Assembly: GCF_009914755.1 (NCBI RefSeq)
Contig: NC_060927.1
Source of the DNA: the human T2T-CHM13v2.0 reference genome, Homo sapiens
DNA: 64,000 nucleotides
Strand: one strand, 5' to 3'
Below are positions 43,206 through 58,974 of the stretch, one piece after another. The position numbers and the translations under genes are program-made. Below the pieces are notes generated by a model, which made no database searches, was not told where the DNA came from, and worked only from the letters and a program-made list of their open reading frames with translations. Within the stretch, counting starts at the first letter, position 1; each line of letters opens with the position of its first letter.

Positions 43206-44322
43206 AAGACCTCAAAAGCTCAGGTAACCAAAACAAAAATTGACAAATAGAATTATATTAAGCTAAAAAGCTTCTGTACAGCAAAGGAAACAATCAACAA
43301 AGCAAAGAGATAACCTACAGAATGGGAGAAATATTTGCAAACTATTTATCTAATGAGGAATTAATAACTAGAATATATAAGAAACTCAATAGCAAACAAA
43401 ACAAAACAAACAAAAAAACAAATAATCTGATCTAAAAATGGGCAAAAGATCGGAATAGACATTTCTTAAAAGAAGACATACAAATGACCAACAAGTAAAT
43501 GAAAAGGTGCTCAACATCACCAATCATCAGAGAAATGCAAATCAAAACCACAGTGAGATATCATCTCACCCCAGTTAAAATGGCTATAATCCAAAAGACT
43601 TCATATAGCAAATGCTGACCTGACAACGATGTTGGTAGAGATACAAATCAGTGCAGCCACTATGGAAACCAATATGGAAACAGTATGGAGAGTCCTCAAA
43701 AAACTAAAAGTAGAATTACCATAAGATCTAGCAACTGCACTGCTGAGTATATATCCAAGGGAAAGGAAATTAGTGTATTGAAGAGGTATCTGTACTCTCA
43801 TGTTTATTGTAGGAGTATTCACAATAGCTAAGCTGTGAAATCAACCTAAGTGTCCATCAATGAACATGAAAGTACAGATATCTAAACATAAGAGTTCCTG
43901 CAAATGACAGGGTTGTATTCTTTTTTATGGCTGAATAATATTCTCGTGTGTATATATACACCATGTTTCCTGTGAAGAAACATTTGCAGCAACATGGATG
44001 GAACTGGAGGACAGTATGTTAAGGTAAATAAGCCAGGCTCAGAAAGACAAATATTGCATGTTCTCACTCATATACAGGTGCTAAAAAATTGATCTCATAG
44101 AGGTAGTAAGTAGTCTCTGATGGCTACCAGAGGCTGGAAAGGGTAGTGGGAGAGGTGAGAATGAAGAGGCATTGGTTAATGGTTATAAAAATACAGTTAG
44201 ATAGAAGGAATAAGTTCCAGTATGGAATAGCACAGTAGGGAGACTACAGTTAACAATAATTTATAATCTATTGCAAAATAGCTAGAAGGTAAGATTTGGA
44301 AAGTTCTCAACACAAAGAAATG
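43206..44322 (+). mobile_element. L1MA fragment (ORF2 3' part and 3' UTR) with internal micro-inversion
   Basis: CTAAAAAGCTTCTGTACAGCAAAGGAAACAATCAACA, GAAATGCAAATCAAAACCACAGTGAGATATCATCTCACCCCAGTT, ATTGCATGTTCTCACTCAT; L1MA-type 3' UTR. Confidence 0.93.
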
Positions 44323-44562
44323 CTTTACCCTTGTTTTATCCTTTTTTTATGTATACAGGTCTTTCTTCTGATTTCTTGCATTTGAGAGAAGTGGCTGTCA
44401 CAATGACTTCTGGAGGTACTTTAGAGGTCCCTCAAGGACTGTTGAATACAGAAGAGGAGCAGTTTCACCAACACAACTATCTTCATTTATTATTTTTTCT
44501 TCTCTCTTTTTAAAAAAATTACAATGATTCAAGAGATTTTATTTTAAAAATGGCTTCTGCTA

Positions 44563-44905
<343 letters not shown>

Positions 44906-46171
44906 TTACTAGATGATTTTTGTACCTGGTAGGCTATTGATGAACTATGACATTAATAACCAAGTATATTAAAAAACAAACAAATGAAAACAAAGTTAAA
45001 ATGTAAGCTTGACATCATTGGCTATAAAAATTCTCCTGGAGAAGATGATCAGAACTGAAGCCTTTTAACTTTTCGGTGGACTATAGGGACAGTAGCAGGA
45101 GATCAGCTACATATCCCAGAAGCAATGTTTCTTCCAGGTCAGTATCATGTCATTCACAAGTGAAAAAATAAACACTAAAAATAAATAGAAGTTCTATAAC
45201 AGAGACAGGAAAGGGACTCTCCTTGCTGTCTCCTGTCTACATGTCCTTTTAGCCTTAACACCTTCCAAAGGAAGGAGAAAAATAGCTTTGCAGGTTTGCA
45301 AATGTGTGTAGTTAGCATTTTAAGAACAAAAACGGGCTGCCTCTCACAGCTGTGTTGGAATTTGCTTCAGATTCTGCCTTCAAATTACAGAAGACGTGAG
45401 TAAGGGCACGTCCGTGACTCAGTCCTCAACCCTTGCCAAAGTAGTAGTTTTCTAGATATAAAACTACAGGGAAAGAAAAATAGAAAGTCAGAAGAGGAAG
45501 AAAAACTGCATGTTCATAAATCTTGCACAAAACTGAATCTCGAAGGTGTGATAAAAAGATCAGGATCGGGGAGTGTTTAGGAAAGAGAAACACACATATG
45601 TGAGGCACTACCTAACATTTCAATAGACACATGGTTTTTTTTTCAGTCATATTAATTAAGTTCTGTGCACGGTGCTTGCACATAAATAAAACCAGATGCT
45701 TAAATTGTAGCTCAATCATTACGCTGTATTTGCTCACATCCCCTCCTGTACCACTTTCAAGAAATTGGCTTTTCGCCTAAATGGCAGGGGAGGGAAAGGG
45801 AAAAAAAGAAGAAAAAAAAGTTCTGGAGCTTTAGCCTTATTCTCAGGTTGATGAGTGGTTGTTGATATGTGACAAATACATTTCGCTTTCATGACATCTC
45901 TATGGAAAGTTAAGAATTGTAGTTTTCTTGAGGCAGTTGAGATTCTTAAAGGAGTATTTATTCATCATGCTATTAATTTATTGGCCTTCATAAAAACTCT
46001 TTCAAAATTGTCACCTATCTATAAATAAGACTTAAAACCCACCCTCGGCTACATAGATACACACAAACACAAACACACAGATGTATGTGTGTGAATTTAT
46101 AAAATAACCTGTCAATACATATGGAGAAAATAGTTTCATGGAATCAAAGTTATCTGGTTCACCTCCTTTAA

Positions 46172-46441
46172 GTGCATTTCCCAATGTGTGTTCTGAAGCA
46201 TATTTGTTCCACGATATGTGAAAAACTGAGGGGCTTAAATAAATTGGGAAATGCCGGGTTACACAAAGTTAAACAGCTTTCTTTATTGTGGAACTTTCAG
46301 AGTCTCTAATATGCTGATGCACATTGTAAATATTCAAGAGGTCAACATACTCTGTAATATCTCTCAAAGCTGGTTGACCCAGAAACTTGCAAAATATCTT
46401 ACAAGGGTGGTAATTTGCAGGACATGCAGTGAAAAATGCTA
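46172..46441. mobile_element. hAT-Charlie MITE (MER103/Charlie4-type; exact name uncertain)
   Basis: CATTTCCCAATGTGTGTTC..AAATAAATTGGGAAATGCCGGGTTACACAAAGTTAAACAGCTTTCTTTA..TAATATGCTGATG. Confidence 0.65.
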
Positions 46442-48453
46442 ATATAAATCAATCTAAAATGTTCATCCAGTCTCTGATTAAATTTTCCCCATGTGAACAA
46501 AATTGCTACTTTCCAAAAGAGTTCATTCTGTCCTACGAAAGATCTAAGTCAAACGGGATTTCTTTCTTACGCTGAACCATAATCTATCTCTCTATAACTT
46601 CCACTATTGCTCTTGATTTTGCACTTTGGAAGAACAAAAAGAAGAGTAATGCAATTCCTTTTTCCTGCAATAGCTTTTAAGATATTTGAAAGCGACAATC
46701 ATATTCACAAACTCTTCCATTTTGCAGGAAGACACAGCTCTAGTTCTTAAATGAATGCGTCAAATTAATCCTCTCTACTTGTCAATGTCTTAAGACATGG
46801 GGCTTCAAAATGATTACAGAAATTCAGATCTCTAGAAGTATCTATGCTTCTATAGATGCAGACTTAGATGTCAGGTTTTGTTTTTTTCTGGAAGGCATGT
46901 CTTATCATTGATTCCAATTAATTTACTAAAACTTTTGAGTCCTCATAAATATTGTGGCTAAGTCAATTCTCTACAGTTCTATATCTGTATGATCATTTGT
47001 TTGTGTATGTATGAGTTTTTTGAGGAATATTAGGAAAACACAAGTCCATTAGATTTTATTTGTCCTTCATGACAGAGACTGTGCTTTATAATAAAATTGG
47101 TCATCTTTTCTCAGTTACCTTCTCTTATAAAGTTATAATATCTCAGCTTCATGCAAATTCTATTACATTAGAAGAATGAAGAGTATTAGCCTGAAACTTA
47201 CTACCTATACTAGTGACCTCCTTCCAGCTTAATACCAATTCATTACTTGATACCAGGTAAATTGTTTCACAAACCTACACAATACCAATGATAATACATT
47301 TATCTAGCTGGTCATGAAGTCATAATATAAAAGATACTGTCAAATGCCTTCTGAAATTAGGATATTAATCTGTCGCAATTTCCTAATCTGCGAACTGAAG
47401 CAGACCAGTCATAGCTATAGGTAGTGCAGGTCCTGTTAGTTCACCTGTGACATCAATAACTGTATCATCATGTAATTTGATATGTTAGAATCAATAATGC
47501 AGAAACAGGACAATGCTAATGCCATTTGATGCGGGTACAGGTTAGGATTTAAAGGAAATAGGCTATTAATAGCTGGGAGGTTACTCTGGATGAGAAAAGA
47601 GTGAAGAGGCAGCTGAAGAAAAAGTTACTTTTGTCAGGATGATGAACAACCAATACAAAATAACACTTGTTTTTTCTCTATAAAAAATGGAAATAGGAAA
47701 AAATGACATAGAATTTAATGGCATTAAGATAATGTCATTTAATCTTTGGTCAAACAATGCAATTTAATACGGAAAAGGTAAAAATTTGCTCAACTTTTCA
47801 TACTAGAGGCCATAGTTGAAAAGCATATAGAGATAAATCCTGGGCATTTAGTAGCTGTAATAAGAAGGTCTTGCTTAAAGAAGAGCCAATTTTTACAAGT
47901 TACAGCTTATTTTCTTTTAAAAATTAAAAGGAGCAAAGGAAACCTGCCATTTGGCAAATTCAAAGGTCTTGTAACTGATCTTCAAAATCCTCAACAATTT
48001 AATTGGAACACAAAAAATAACAGAAACCTGCAATACTTGTTTGTCATTTTTAAGAACAAACATTACTTTCAAATCACTTTCCCTCTCCAAGATCTCATCT
48101 GCCAGGTTTCAGCCCACAGTGAATTCTTGCAGCTGGGTTAGGATCCCCCAAGAAAGGGCGTTCAAAACAAAAATGCTGAGGGAGGCATTTCAGCCAAGGG
48201 AGGCATTTCAGCTGTGGAGGAGGATGGAAAATTTCTAAGCACAAGGACTTCCCCTCTCAGGCCTGGGAATGCCATTTGAAAGGCTTCTTCACCCATCTGT
48301 TCTATTCACACTTGCCCAGGAGTCAGACCTTCTAAAAACTACATACCACAAAATAGTCCTTGAGGAAACACAATATCTTTCCTGGTAACGAATATCCTCA
48401 AAAACAAAGAAAAAAGTGGAGAAATAGAATAAACAAATCATTTTTAAAATAAA

Positions 48454-48783
48454 TTTTACTTTAAGTTCTGGGATACACGTGCAGAACGTGCAGGATTGTT
48501 ACATAGGTATACATGTGCCGTGGTGGTTTGCTACACCTATCAACCTGTCATTCAGGTTCTAAGTCCCGCATGCATTAAGTATTTGTCCTAATGCTCTCCC
48601 TTCCTCTTGCCCCTCACCCCCCGACAAGCCCCGGTGTGTGATGTTACCCTCCCTGGGTCCATATGTTCTAATTTTTCAGCTCCCACTTATGAGTGAGAAC
48701 ATGCAGTGTTTGGTTTTCTGTTCCTGTATTAGTTTGCTGAGAATGATAGCTTCCAGTTTCATCCATGTCCCTGCAAAGGACAT
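48454..48783 (-). mobile_element. L1PA (about PA8-10) 3' end, 5'-truncated
   Basis: TTTTACTTTAAGTTCTGGGATACACGTGCAGAACGTGCAGG..CCCACTTATGAGTGAGAACATGCAGTGTTTGGTTTTCTG..CATCCATGTCCCTGCAAAGGACAT. Confidence 0.94.
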
Positions 48784-49005
48784 AGACACTTCTTTTAAAG
48801 CATATTTCTTTTAAAACAAACTTCTTTTAAAATATGTTTTAAAAGAAGTGAACTATACTACAGAGTAATAGTTTTAGCTCACATTGATTGAGATCTTTCT
48901 CCATGCTTAGCACTGTTCTCCATGAAGTAAGTAATATTATATCCCCAATTTATACAAATGTAAATCGAAGATAGAAAGGTTATTACCGTGTCTAAGAACA
49001 TATTG

Positions 49006-49110
49006 CTGTGTGTTTATGTGTATATAAGTATATATACATATAAATGTGTGTGTGTGTATATATATATATATATGCATGTGTGTATATACACATACATATC
49101 TATCTATCTG
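49006..49110. repeat. Degenerate (TG)n/(TA)n/(TATC)n low-complexity tract
   Basis: Read directly; lies at the tail end of the adjacent antisense L1. Confidence 0.85.
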
Positions 49111-50445
<1,335 letters not shown>

Positions 50446-52271
50446 TAATGTTCTTAGCCACTATGCTGCATTATACTCCAAGACCACTACTGGAACAGTG
50501 AGGTTACTGAAATAATGCCTAATCAGAACCCTCCACCCCCACCTATAGTTTATTTTCTAAATGCCTTATTTATCATCATTAATCAGTTTAGGAAATGAAA
50601 GATTCTGCCTTATATAACTATGGTATTCAAAGGAAGTTCATAGTCTGAGAAAATTGAATCTTGAATAATTTGCAGGGCAACTAGCCTGGTCTCTGAGGAT
50701 CTGGTGAAGCCATCAGCCACGACACAGACTGATCTGAGAGCCGACGTCAGTAGTGACATCCAGCCTTGTCATATCTTTGGAATGTGGTAGAGAGAAAAAA
50801 AAAAGATCATAGAATATCAACATTGGGAGAGATACTACTGGGCCTGTAGTTCAGCTGTTTGACACTAGGATCTTTATTTTTTTTTCAGTCATGTAAAATA
50901 CCTTTGCTCAGTCATGAAGCTTTGATTGGACCTCTACAGAGATGCCAGTATCACTCCCTCCACTACTCCAGGCAGCTCATTTATCTATGGAGAGTCCTAA
51001 CTGCTTTAAAGATTGTTCTCACGTTGTACAATTTCTAAGATTCTGAATTTTTCACCCATTCATCCACACCTTGTATCCCTTCATGGATTTCAGCTACCTG
51101 GGCATCAGGCATATGAAAAGACTCAGGCACTGCCCCCATCCCCTCACCTCACTTCATTCAGTATTATGAGTAGAAACTAAGGGAACTAAGCTTACTACCC
51201 GCCTCTTCTTCACATTACAGAATTGTATGCCCCCCTCCATCTTGTTCTCCATCTGTAACAGCTCTTCTCTTTCAATATCCCTCTTAAATGCCCCCAAACA
51301 GACACCATTCTCCAAGAATCTATCCATGAGAAATACATTGTGAAAGTCAAATTCCATGTTCATTAGGCCTCCCAATTCCTTTTCCTTCCTTCAGCAGTTA
51401 AAGTGGGATGCACATCTTTCTTGTTCTCTGAGGGACAGGCCTCTCTCGAACAGGAGACTCCCCCGTCTTCCCCAATAGAAACAGGAAAGTGTAACATGGG
51501 CATCAGATGTTAAGGAGACCACTGACCCCTGTTGTCCACAAACAACTTTTAATAGTGCATCTTACAATCGGGAATAACTACAAGCTGTGCGTAACATAGG
51601 GTCTTACATTCAGCAGTCTCCTCAGTACTTAGCCAAGTTTGTGTTCGTTTGGATAAAACTTCTAAAAATTTCCCACATTAATTTTCTTCTGCCAAAAAGT
51701 GACATTATATTTAATTTCTAAAACTTCAGTTTGAAAGACTGAAATTCACATCAGTGCATTCTCAATTTTACCCCTTTACTTAAAAAAGAATCACCATAAC
51801 AAAAAAGATTTAAATTCATTATAACAAGAATCTTTAGATATTAAACAAAATGTGAAAAAAAAAATTGGGAATGAAACTCTATACAGAGTGCTTTTTTTTT
51901 TTTCTCCTTTCTCTCATTTCGCTGAATACCAAAAAGTGAAGTACTTAGAAATGTAATTACATTTCAAGAGTCAGGCAATGGCCATAGTTACATTTTACAA
52001 AACGATCATATTCTCTTGAAGGAAGTCAAAGATTATTATGTGGGCCTTGAGGCAAGTACAAACAAAATAGATTCAGCGTTCCAAGAAAGAATACAGAATA
52101 CAATATCATTCTCAATTTTACACTCCTGGCTCTTCTGATTTATATTTTTAGTGGATAATAAAAGTAAGCTTTCTATAACAATTCCATGGAATGTAGCTCT
52201 AAAAAGAGCCTCTTTTTCCTTCTTGGGATGTACTATGCTTTGTAATTGGGATTTACTTGTGTGTTTACTTG

Positions 52272-52672
52272 TACTATGGACTGTTCGTGTCCACCCAAAA
52301 TTCATATATTGAAGCTCTAACTTCAGCGTGGCTGTATTTGGAGATAGGGGATACTAAGGAAGTACTTCACGTTAAATGAGGTCATTAGGGTGGGGTCTTT
52401 TAGGATGGGGCTATGACATGATAAGATTAGTAGTATCCTTATAGGAAGAGACACCAGAAAGCTCTCTCTCTCTGCCTCTCACATGGAAAGTCCATGTGAA
52501 GGACGTAGTGAGAAGATGGCCATCTTTAAGCCAGGAAGACAGCCTCACCAGAAACTAAACCACCTGGAACCTTGATCCCGGACTTTTAACTTCTAGAACT
52601 GTGAAAAAATAAATGTCTGTTGTTCAAGTCATCCAGACTGTGGTCTTTGTCCTGGCAGCCCAAGCTAATACA
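52272..52672 (+). mobile_element. MLT1A0-like MaLR solo LTR
   Basis: CTATGGACTG..CCCAAAATTCATATATTGAAGC..GAGAAGATGGCCATCTTTAAGCCAGGAAG..GGCAGCCCAAGCTAATACA; TSD ACTTG / GCTTG. Confidence 0.9.
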
Positions 52673-53569
52673 GCTTGTTAAGAAGCTGTCCCCCTGATAG
52701 AGACCACAGGCAGTTCCCTACGGTCATGAGGGCAGTTACTGCCTTCATTTGGTTCACCGCTATATTCCCGAGTACTCAACACAGGGTCCACATAGCAAGG
52801 GCTCACTAAACATTCATGGAAAAATATGCAGTTTTAAATTAGATTGTTCTCAAATGAATTCTGGGAAACCTTTAAATATTTTCATTGCATTCAGAATGTT
52901 TGATAGGTGGACTCTTTCTGAAAAGCCAAATCTACAGGGAACGTAATTTCAAGAAGTCGTGATGATAATCTGGATTAATCCATTCATCACCAGTCAAACT
53001 ACGATTAAGCTTCTGGGGGTCCATAGAAATGACAGAGACTTTGGTGTGAGGCTGGATAGCTCAGTCAGAAATGATGGAGACTTTTTCTCAGCTGCAGTTA
53101 ACTGGGATGCCTTAAACATGCCAGCGGTCTATTTCTATAAATCCAAGGAGCTGGATTAGAAAAGCACACGCAGCTGCTCTGGGCCTCCCCACTTCCTTTG
53201 CCTAGGGAAAGTCCTCAGATCCACACTCTACTCAGACACTGCTGTGTTTTACAAAGAATATGCTTCCCAAGCCTCAACTGTTCAAGTAGACCCTCCCCCT
53301 TCACCATAGACTAGAAACATGCTTTTGGAAAATGCGACCTCATTCCAGGATAACTTGGATTCATTTATAGCAGAGAGGACTGATGAAACGGCTGCCAACC
53401 TTTCAGACATGAGAGAAGGGGAAGTGGGGAACTGGAGCAGAAGGAGAATGACTTGAAAAGGGGATGTCTGTATTACCTACAAATCAACTTGAAAAATTTA
53501 GTAGGCCTAACTTTAAGTATCTTCTTATCCTGCTTCTTTTTACATAATGATGGATAGTTAAGAGTCTTG

Positions 53570-53716
53570 TTACTTAAAGGGTGATCCTTAGACCAGAAGC
53601 AAAGGGAACTTGTTAGAAATGCAAATCTCAAACTAGATCAGACCTACTGAATTAAAACTGCATTTTAACAAAATCCCCCAGCTGATCTGTATGGACACGA
53701 AAGTCTGAGAAGCACA
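53570..53716. mobile_element. MER5A-like DNA transposon relic
   Basis: GGGAACTTGTTAGAAATGCAAATCTC..AGACCTACTGAAT..CTGCATTTTAACAAAATCCCCCAG..AAAGTCTGAGAAGCAC. Confidence 0.8.
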
Positions 53717-56700
53717 GCTTTTCTGTGTTAGGAGTAAGAACCATGGAAGGCTAAGTCCCAGGGATGTATCTGAACCCCGCTGGTTCTGATTCCTAATCAT
53801 GTCTGGAATGAAATTCTCTGCTCCTTCTCATGACTTTCTTCTAAGGCCTACCATCTACCAGTGTTATTCCTTTCCCTAGTTCCCTGGAAACAGAATCCCA
53901 CATCACTCCTCCACCTGAAGCAAGCTATCCTTTGAGAGTTTCATATAGATTTCTATTTGGGATAATGGTGTGGACGCTGAGAGGAAAGAAAAAAGCCATC
54001 ACACTTTATCTTACAGGATCATCCTGCAGAGGGAAGGCTGAGGCAAACAGATGATGTGGTGTGGCCTCTGTTTTAGACAGCTTTATATTCATCTATATTT
54101 CAATAAAAACCCAAACTTTGGCTACTAAGAGCATTTTTCCATCGAAACATGGGAGTGAAAGGAAAGATGAAGGAATAGGTAACATATTCAGCAGTAGGAA
54201 TCTATTTTCAGAGTGTAAGGAAGATGGGTGAGTTCTTGAGTTTCCCTTCCTTCTTCCCTCTCTTCCTCAGTCATTCCCAGAACTAAGGCATAGCTGACCT
54301 TCAACTTGAAGTACTCATTAATGAGAAAAAAAATCTGGGTCTATTTGTGAAAGATGGGAATATTAGAGACAGAGGAATAGCTGGGGCAGATAAAAAACAG
54401 GATTGAAAGGGTCTCCCCAACACCAAAAAATAAAATAAAATAAAGACTGTAAGGAAGAGCATGGAAAATCCCAATATCACCTCAGTCATTCCTGACTTAA
54501 TATAATTTAGGAGAATATATATTCCTCAACACATAACCCTAAGGGGCCAGCAAAATGCCTTGTACATAGATTTTAGTCCCTATCTGTCAACTGGCTTGTT
54601 GAAGTCCTAGTTCTTTTTCAGTAAGATGGGGATAAGCTACCCTCTCTCGTGTAAGTAGCATTTATTGTTTCCTATAGATCAATTTATTCACCTCATAGTG
54701 AAGATACCAGGTATTGATGATACCTATCCCCGCCCCCAAGGAATAAAAGTATTTATTCCTGTCCTAAAACAAGGCGAAAACTACGGAAGCCATAGGAACT
54801 ACAATGGGTTAAACTTGTGAAGTTTCAAATATGGGTCAAAGTTGTAAAATGGAATGGGGAGTAAATGGTCCCAGGAATGCTGGAAACAACTTGGTAACAG
54901 AATGGGAGTGAGTAGATGTCCAGGAATGGAAAGGGTGAAATGTTACATCAACTTAAAAGGGTAAAAAGACTTAATTGCCTTGACAGCTTCAACATTACTG
55001 GAAGCTGTGGGCAGAAGGGCGACCTGCTTTGCTGATGCAGACAGCAAGTTATAGGGAGGATGTAAACCAGTCAGCAAAATTCAACCTTCATTTCAGCTAC
55101 TGCTGTTATTTTAACCCTGCGCAAAAGGTCACAGTGTTCTGTCCCTGATAATAAAAGGATGCTGGGAAAAGACCAGAGAAGGCACACACACAAAGGAAAC
55201 TCACTAAACAAAAGCCAGATTTAGTTCAGCGAGAAAACAACTGATTTTTGCTGAGGAGACTTTACAGTGAAACACAATGGCTTCCTTCTTTCCCTGCTAT
55301 CCTTTCAGCTTAGTGGATTGGGGAAGGAGGGCATTCTTATTAGCTACCAACATTGTACATTCAGTTGTTAAATCTCTGCTTTGCTGATCCCCTTTCTCGA
55401 TCATTTTCTGATACCCAGGACTTCCTTTAGACAAAGGCTGGACTACACAGAGGATGCAGACTCAGACAGGCAGTCCCTGCTTCATGGCAGTTGGTGAGGC
55501 TGCAGTAGCTTCCTACCCTACACTCCCATAGCCTTGTGAGGATTCTCCTACTTCCCCCAACCTGTGCCATAATAGTATAATTATCTGTCTTCATGTCTGT
55601 CTCCCCTACTGATGGTGAGTTTCTTGAGTAGCAGGTCTGTGTTTTAATAGCTGATGCAGACAGTAGGTGGGTCAGTATGTGTTTGGCAACTGTATTCCAG
55701 GAAGATAGTCTCATGAGTAAGAGACTCCCAGCACAGCTGCACCGAGAGGTATCAAAAGCACAGCATTGTCATACAACACTGGAGGATGGAAAATTGGAAA
55801 GGTCACTGGTTTTAGTCATGGGGATCCTTTTCCTTCCTGGGCTCCAGCCATAGTGTCATGGTGAAAGAAGCAAAGACTAAGAGAATGAGAAAGCTCTGAA
55901 CTACCAGAATTGGAAAAAGTGACATTTTCCTATTTGTCATTATCCTTACTTCACTGCTTTCCTCCAACGCCAGCATCACTCACCTTCACTGCCTCTGCCA
56001 CCCACCCCTCCAACACTTGCCACCAATTCCCACGAATGCTGGCCTCCTCATCCTGGTAGCATCTTTAGGATATGAAAGAAACACTGCATGATGGCTAGGG
56101 GACAAAACCAAACATAATTCTTGATCATTTTTTAGTATCCTGCAAGAGCCCTAACCACTCTCCACAGTGTCTTCTTGTTCACAAGTCTGACTAACTTCTT
56201 GTTTTTCAAGCTTGGAAAATGAAGATTCCTTCTCGTCATCTGAGATTTTTTAAAGTCACATGGTACCATATGAATGAAGTGTGTTACGCTGGGAAACTCT
56301 AATTGGTATAGTTCCAGTTTAAGGAGAAAAGACAGGAAATTTTTCCAGGTATCTACCTTTTGCCAACATCAAGAATTTTCTTCTAAAAATGGCTTTATCT
56401 AAGACACTTAATGTAAGAATTTAGAACATTTTGATGAAAACATTTTTCTTAAGACTAATCCAATGCCTGAAAAATACCCAGGTTTTGTAACAAATAGCTG
56501 AAAGTGTTTGTCCTGAAGCAGATGAAGCACCCAATTTGTTGAAATTCACTGCTTTGGAGGTTCCTAAAATGCCTGGATGTTAAGGAAAAAAAAATAGTAG
56601 TCACAGAAAAATACAACATTTGCCACTATTAACGAAGTATTTGGCTAAATCCTAATGCAAAGCATCTATTTTAAAACTAGGCTGGAGATCTGTAAGGAAG

Positions 56701-58144
56701 CTTACAATGCATTCAGCATCCAAGTCCGCCAATTTTCTGGAGGTTACAAGTGATCACAAAATCCGTTCAAGTTCACATATTAATTTTCTGGGAATTAGAA
56801 GAATCATGAATGCCAAGCCAGACTTAAGAGAAAAATTTCCTGGATATTTTAAATAGTCAGTGACTCCTGGAAGTGGTTTCCTCTCAATTCTTCTAATTCC
56901 AATTTTATATTTTTTAATAGCTATCATTGCTTTCAGTCAAGCACTCTGTTTTTATAGAATTGGATGATGCACTGTATCTTAGTCACAATGGCCTAATTTA
57001 GCCTATGATCTCTACTTACTCGAATGAAGTGTATCTCCAAGGGAAAACCAAAGATTTCACATCAAACTATAATTTGGTGCTATTTTGTTCCACTGTCTCA
57101 TAAATGGATAAAGATGCTTAAAAGAACTTCTGAGAATAAAAAATTGATTGTAAATCAAAACCCATGTACTAACATGCTAAAAATATAGGGAAGGGGAGTA
57201 TAGAAATGGCAGGAACCATGCTACATGGTTTGTTTTATTTTGATGACCTTTATGGAACACTAAGCACCTGCTTTATTTATTTTTTATTTTCTTATTTGTA
57301 CAAATTTATGGGGCACATGTACAATTTTGTTATGTGTAGATTGCTTAGTGGTGAAGTCAGGGCTTCCAGGCTATTCCATCACCCAGATAGTGTACACTAT
57401 ACTCATTTACTAATTTCTTATCTTGCTTCATTCTTCACTAAAGGGCTCTAGGACATTCCATTGTTTCTGACTATAGAGGAATATACAAAGTAAGATTGAA
57501 CTGGAATTAAAAACAAAACTAAAACACCTTCTTCCTCCACTCTTCATCCTCCTTACTTGCCCCACAAGTGCCTGAGAATAGCTCCTTCACTTTTTTTCCT
57601 CTGGACCTTAGGAGAGCATTTAAATACCGTTCTGTGTTTGGGAATTAACGCCATAGGAATCCCAATGGAGGGAAAACTGACAACCATTAAAACACACATT
57701 CCATTGAAAGGTTGATGCCAGGAGCTATGGGTGGATTTTATTTAGTGCAATATGGTTCTGTTTTTAATGCAAACCCTCATATGAAGGTGAAAGTGATAAA
57801 AATGGCTCAAGGAAGGGTCCAGAATTACAAAGACTGGCAGCTAGATGACAGGAAAGCAGGTTCAACCACAAACTTCAGAGTTAAAAACAGGTTACCCTGT
57901 TTGTGTTTATCAATACATCCTACTATACTACAAAATCTAAATAGTACTAAACCTTTTAGAGTTCATTTCTGCCATGTCCTGAAGATGATTTCTTACTCTT
58001 CATTCACCTGCCAGTTTCCTGCTAAGGACACTCATATCCCTTAGCCTTGCCTCCTTCTAACTCAGGCAAACTGGTGCCAGATACCATGTACTGTCCTAAG
58101 AAGTCTTTAAGGGTTTCTTATTGCCTTCAAAAGAAAGAGGTCAT

Positions 58145-58360
58145 GATGAAATGGAAAGAACAGATGCTAGGATCCACACAAGCATGAATTCAAATCCTAG
58201 TGGATTACTAAATGACTTTGAGAAAGTTCCTCAGTCTGTCCAGGCTTTTGTTTCTTTTCTTGGTAGAACACAAAACACAACTACTATTTGTGGTTGTGAG
58301 AATTACATGAGAAAAGTATATAAAATGCCTGGCATATATTAGGTACTTAATACATGGTAG
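58145..58360 (+). mobile_element. MIR
   Basis: TTCAAATCCTAG..TGACTTTGAGAAAGTT..GGTTGTGAGAATTACATGAGA..ATGCCTGGCATATATTAGGTACTTAATA. Confidence 0.7.
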
Positions 58361-58974
58361 TTGGATTTTCTTTCTCCTCGAGGTCCTCCATGATATGCTA
58401 ACTTACTTTTCCAACCTTAGCTTACTTCTACCCTTCAACAGGCAAAATCAAAGATAATCAAACTCTTTCCTCTAAAATTCTCCCCTAGCCTTCTTAATCC
58501 TTCATCACAGTCATTTTATATCAGTTGTGTTCATATGCTATCCATCCTTCAAAATTAAGCTGCAATACTATCTCTTTGCTCTCAAACCCTTCCTTATTTG
58601 CTTCAACCCTAATCTTTCCCCCTGTATCCATGGATCCTTATAATTACCTGTCTTTTGGCATCTCCTAATTCTGTGTCCTATATCATAAACTAATGTACAT
58701 GACAAATCCCCTCCCATCACAATCCTTGATGCAAGCATCATTTATTTAATGCTCTAGTCTCAAAGTTCCTTGCACAGAATATCCCCATTTAACAAATTCA
58801 AATTGAATAAAGAAATAATTTTTCACTCTTAAGAACTAGCTCTAATAACTAAAACTGTGGCCCATACATTACCCACTGCTTTATCACTAAATGTAGAATA
58901 TCCACACTTGTAAGTCGTGGACTTAATAGGTGTCCAGTGAATATTTACTGATTAATAATAAGCCTGGCACTATT

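Noticed and set aside
50741-50790. Near-CRE CGACGTCA with TEAD/RUNX-like GGAATGTGGT
   Set aside because: Isolated imperfect motifs with no further support.
51530-52260. Possible minus-strand 3' UTR ending at ATTAAA (~51548-51553)
   Set aside because: No upstream coding exon found; AT-rich DNA contains many such hexamers.
55461-55476. CAGACAGGCAGT, resembling the 3' part of miR-214
   Set aside because: Seed and hairpin context are absent.
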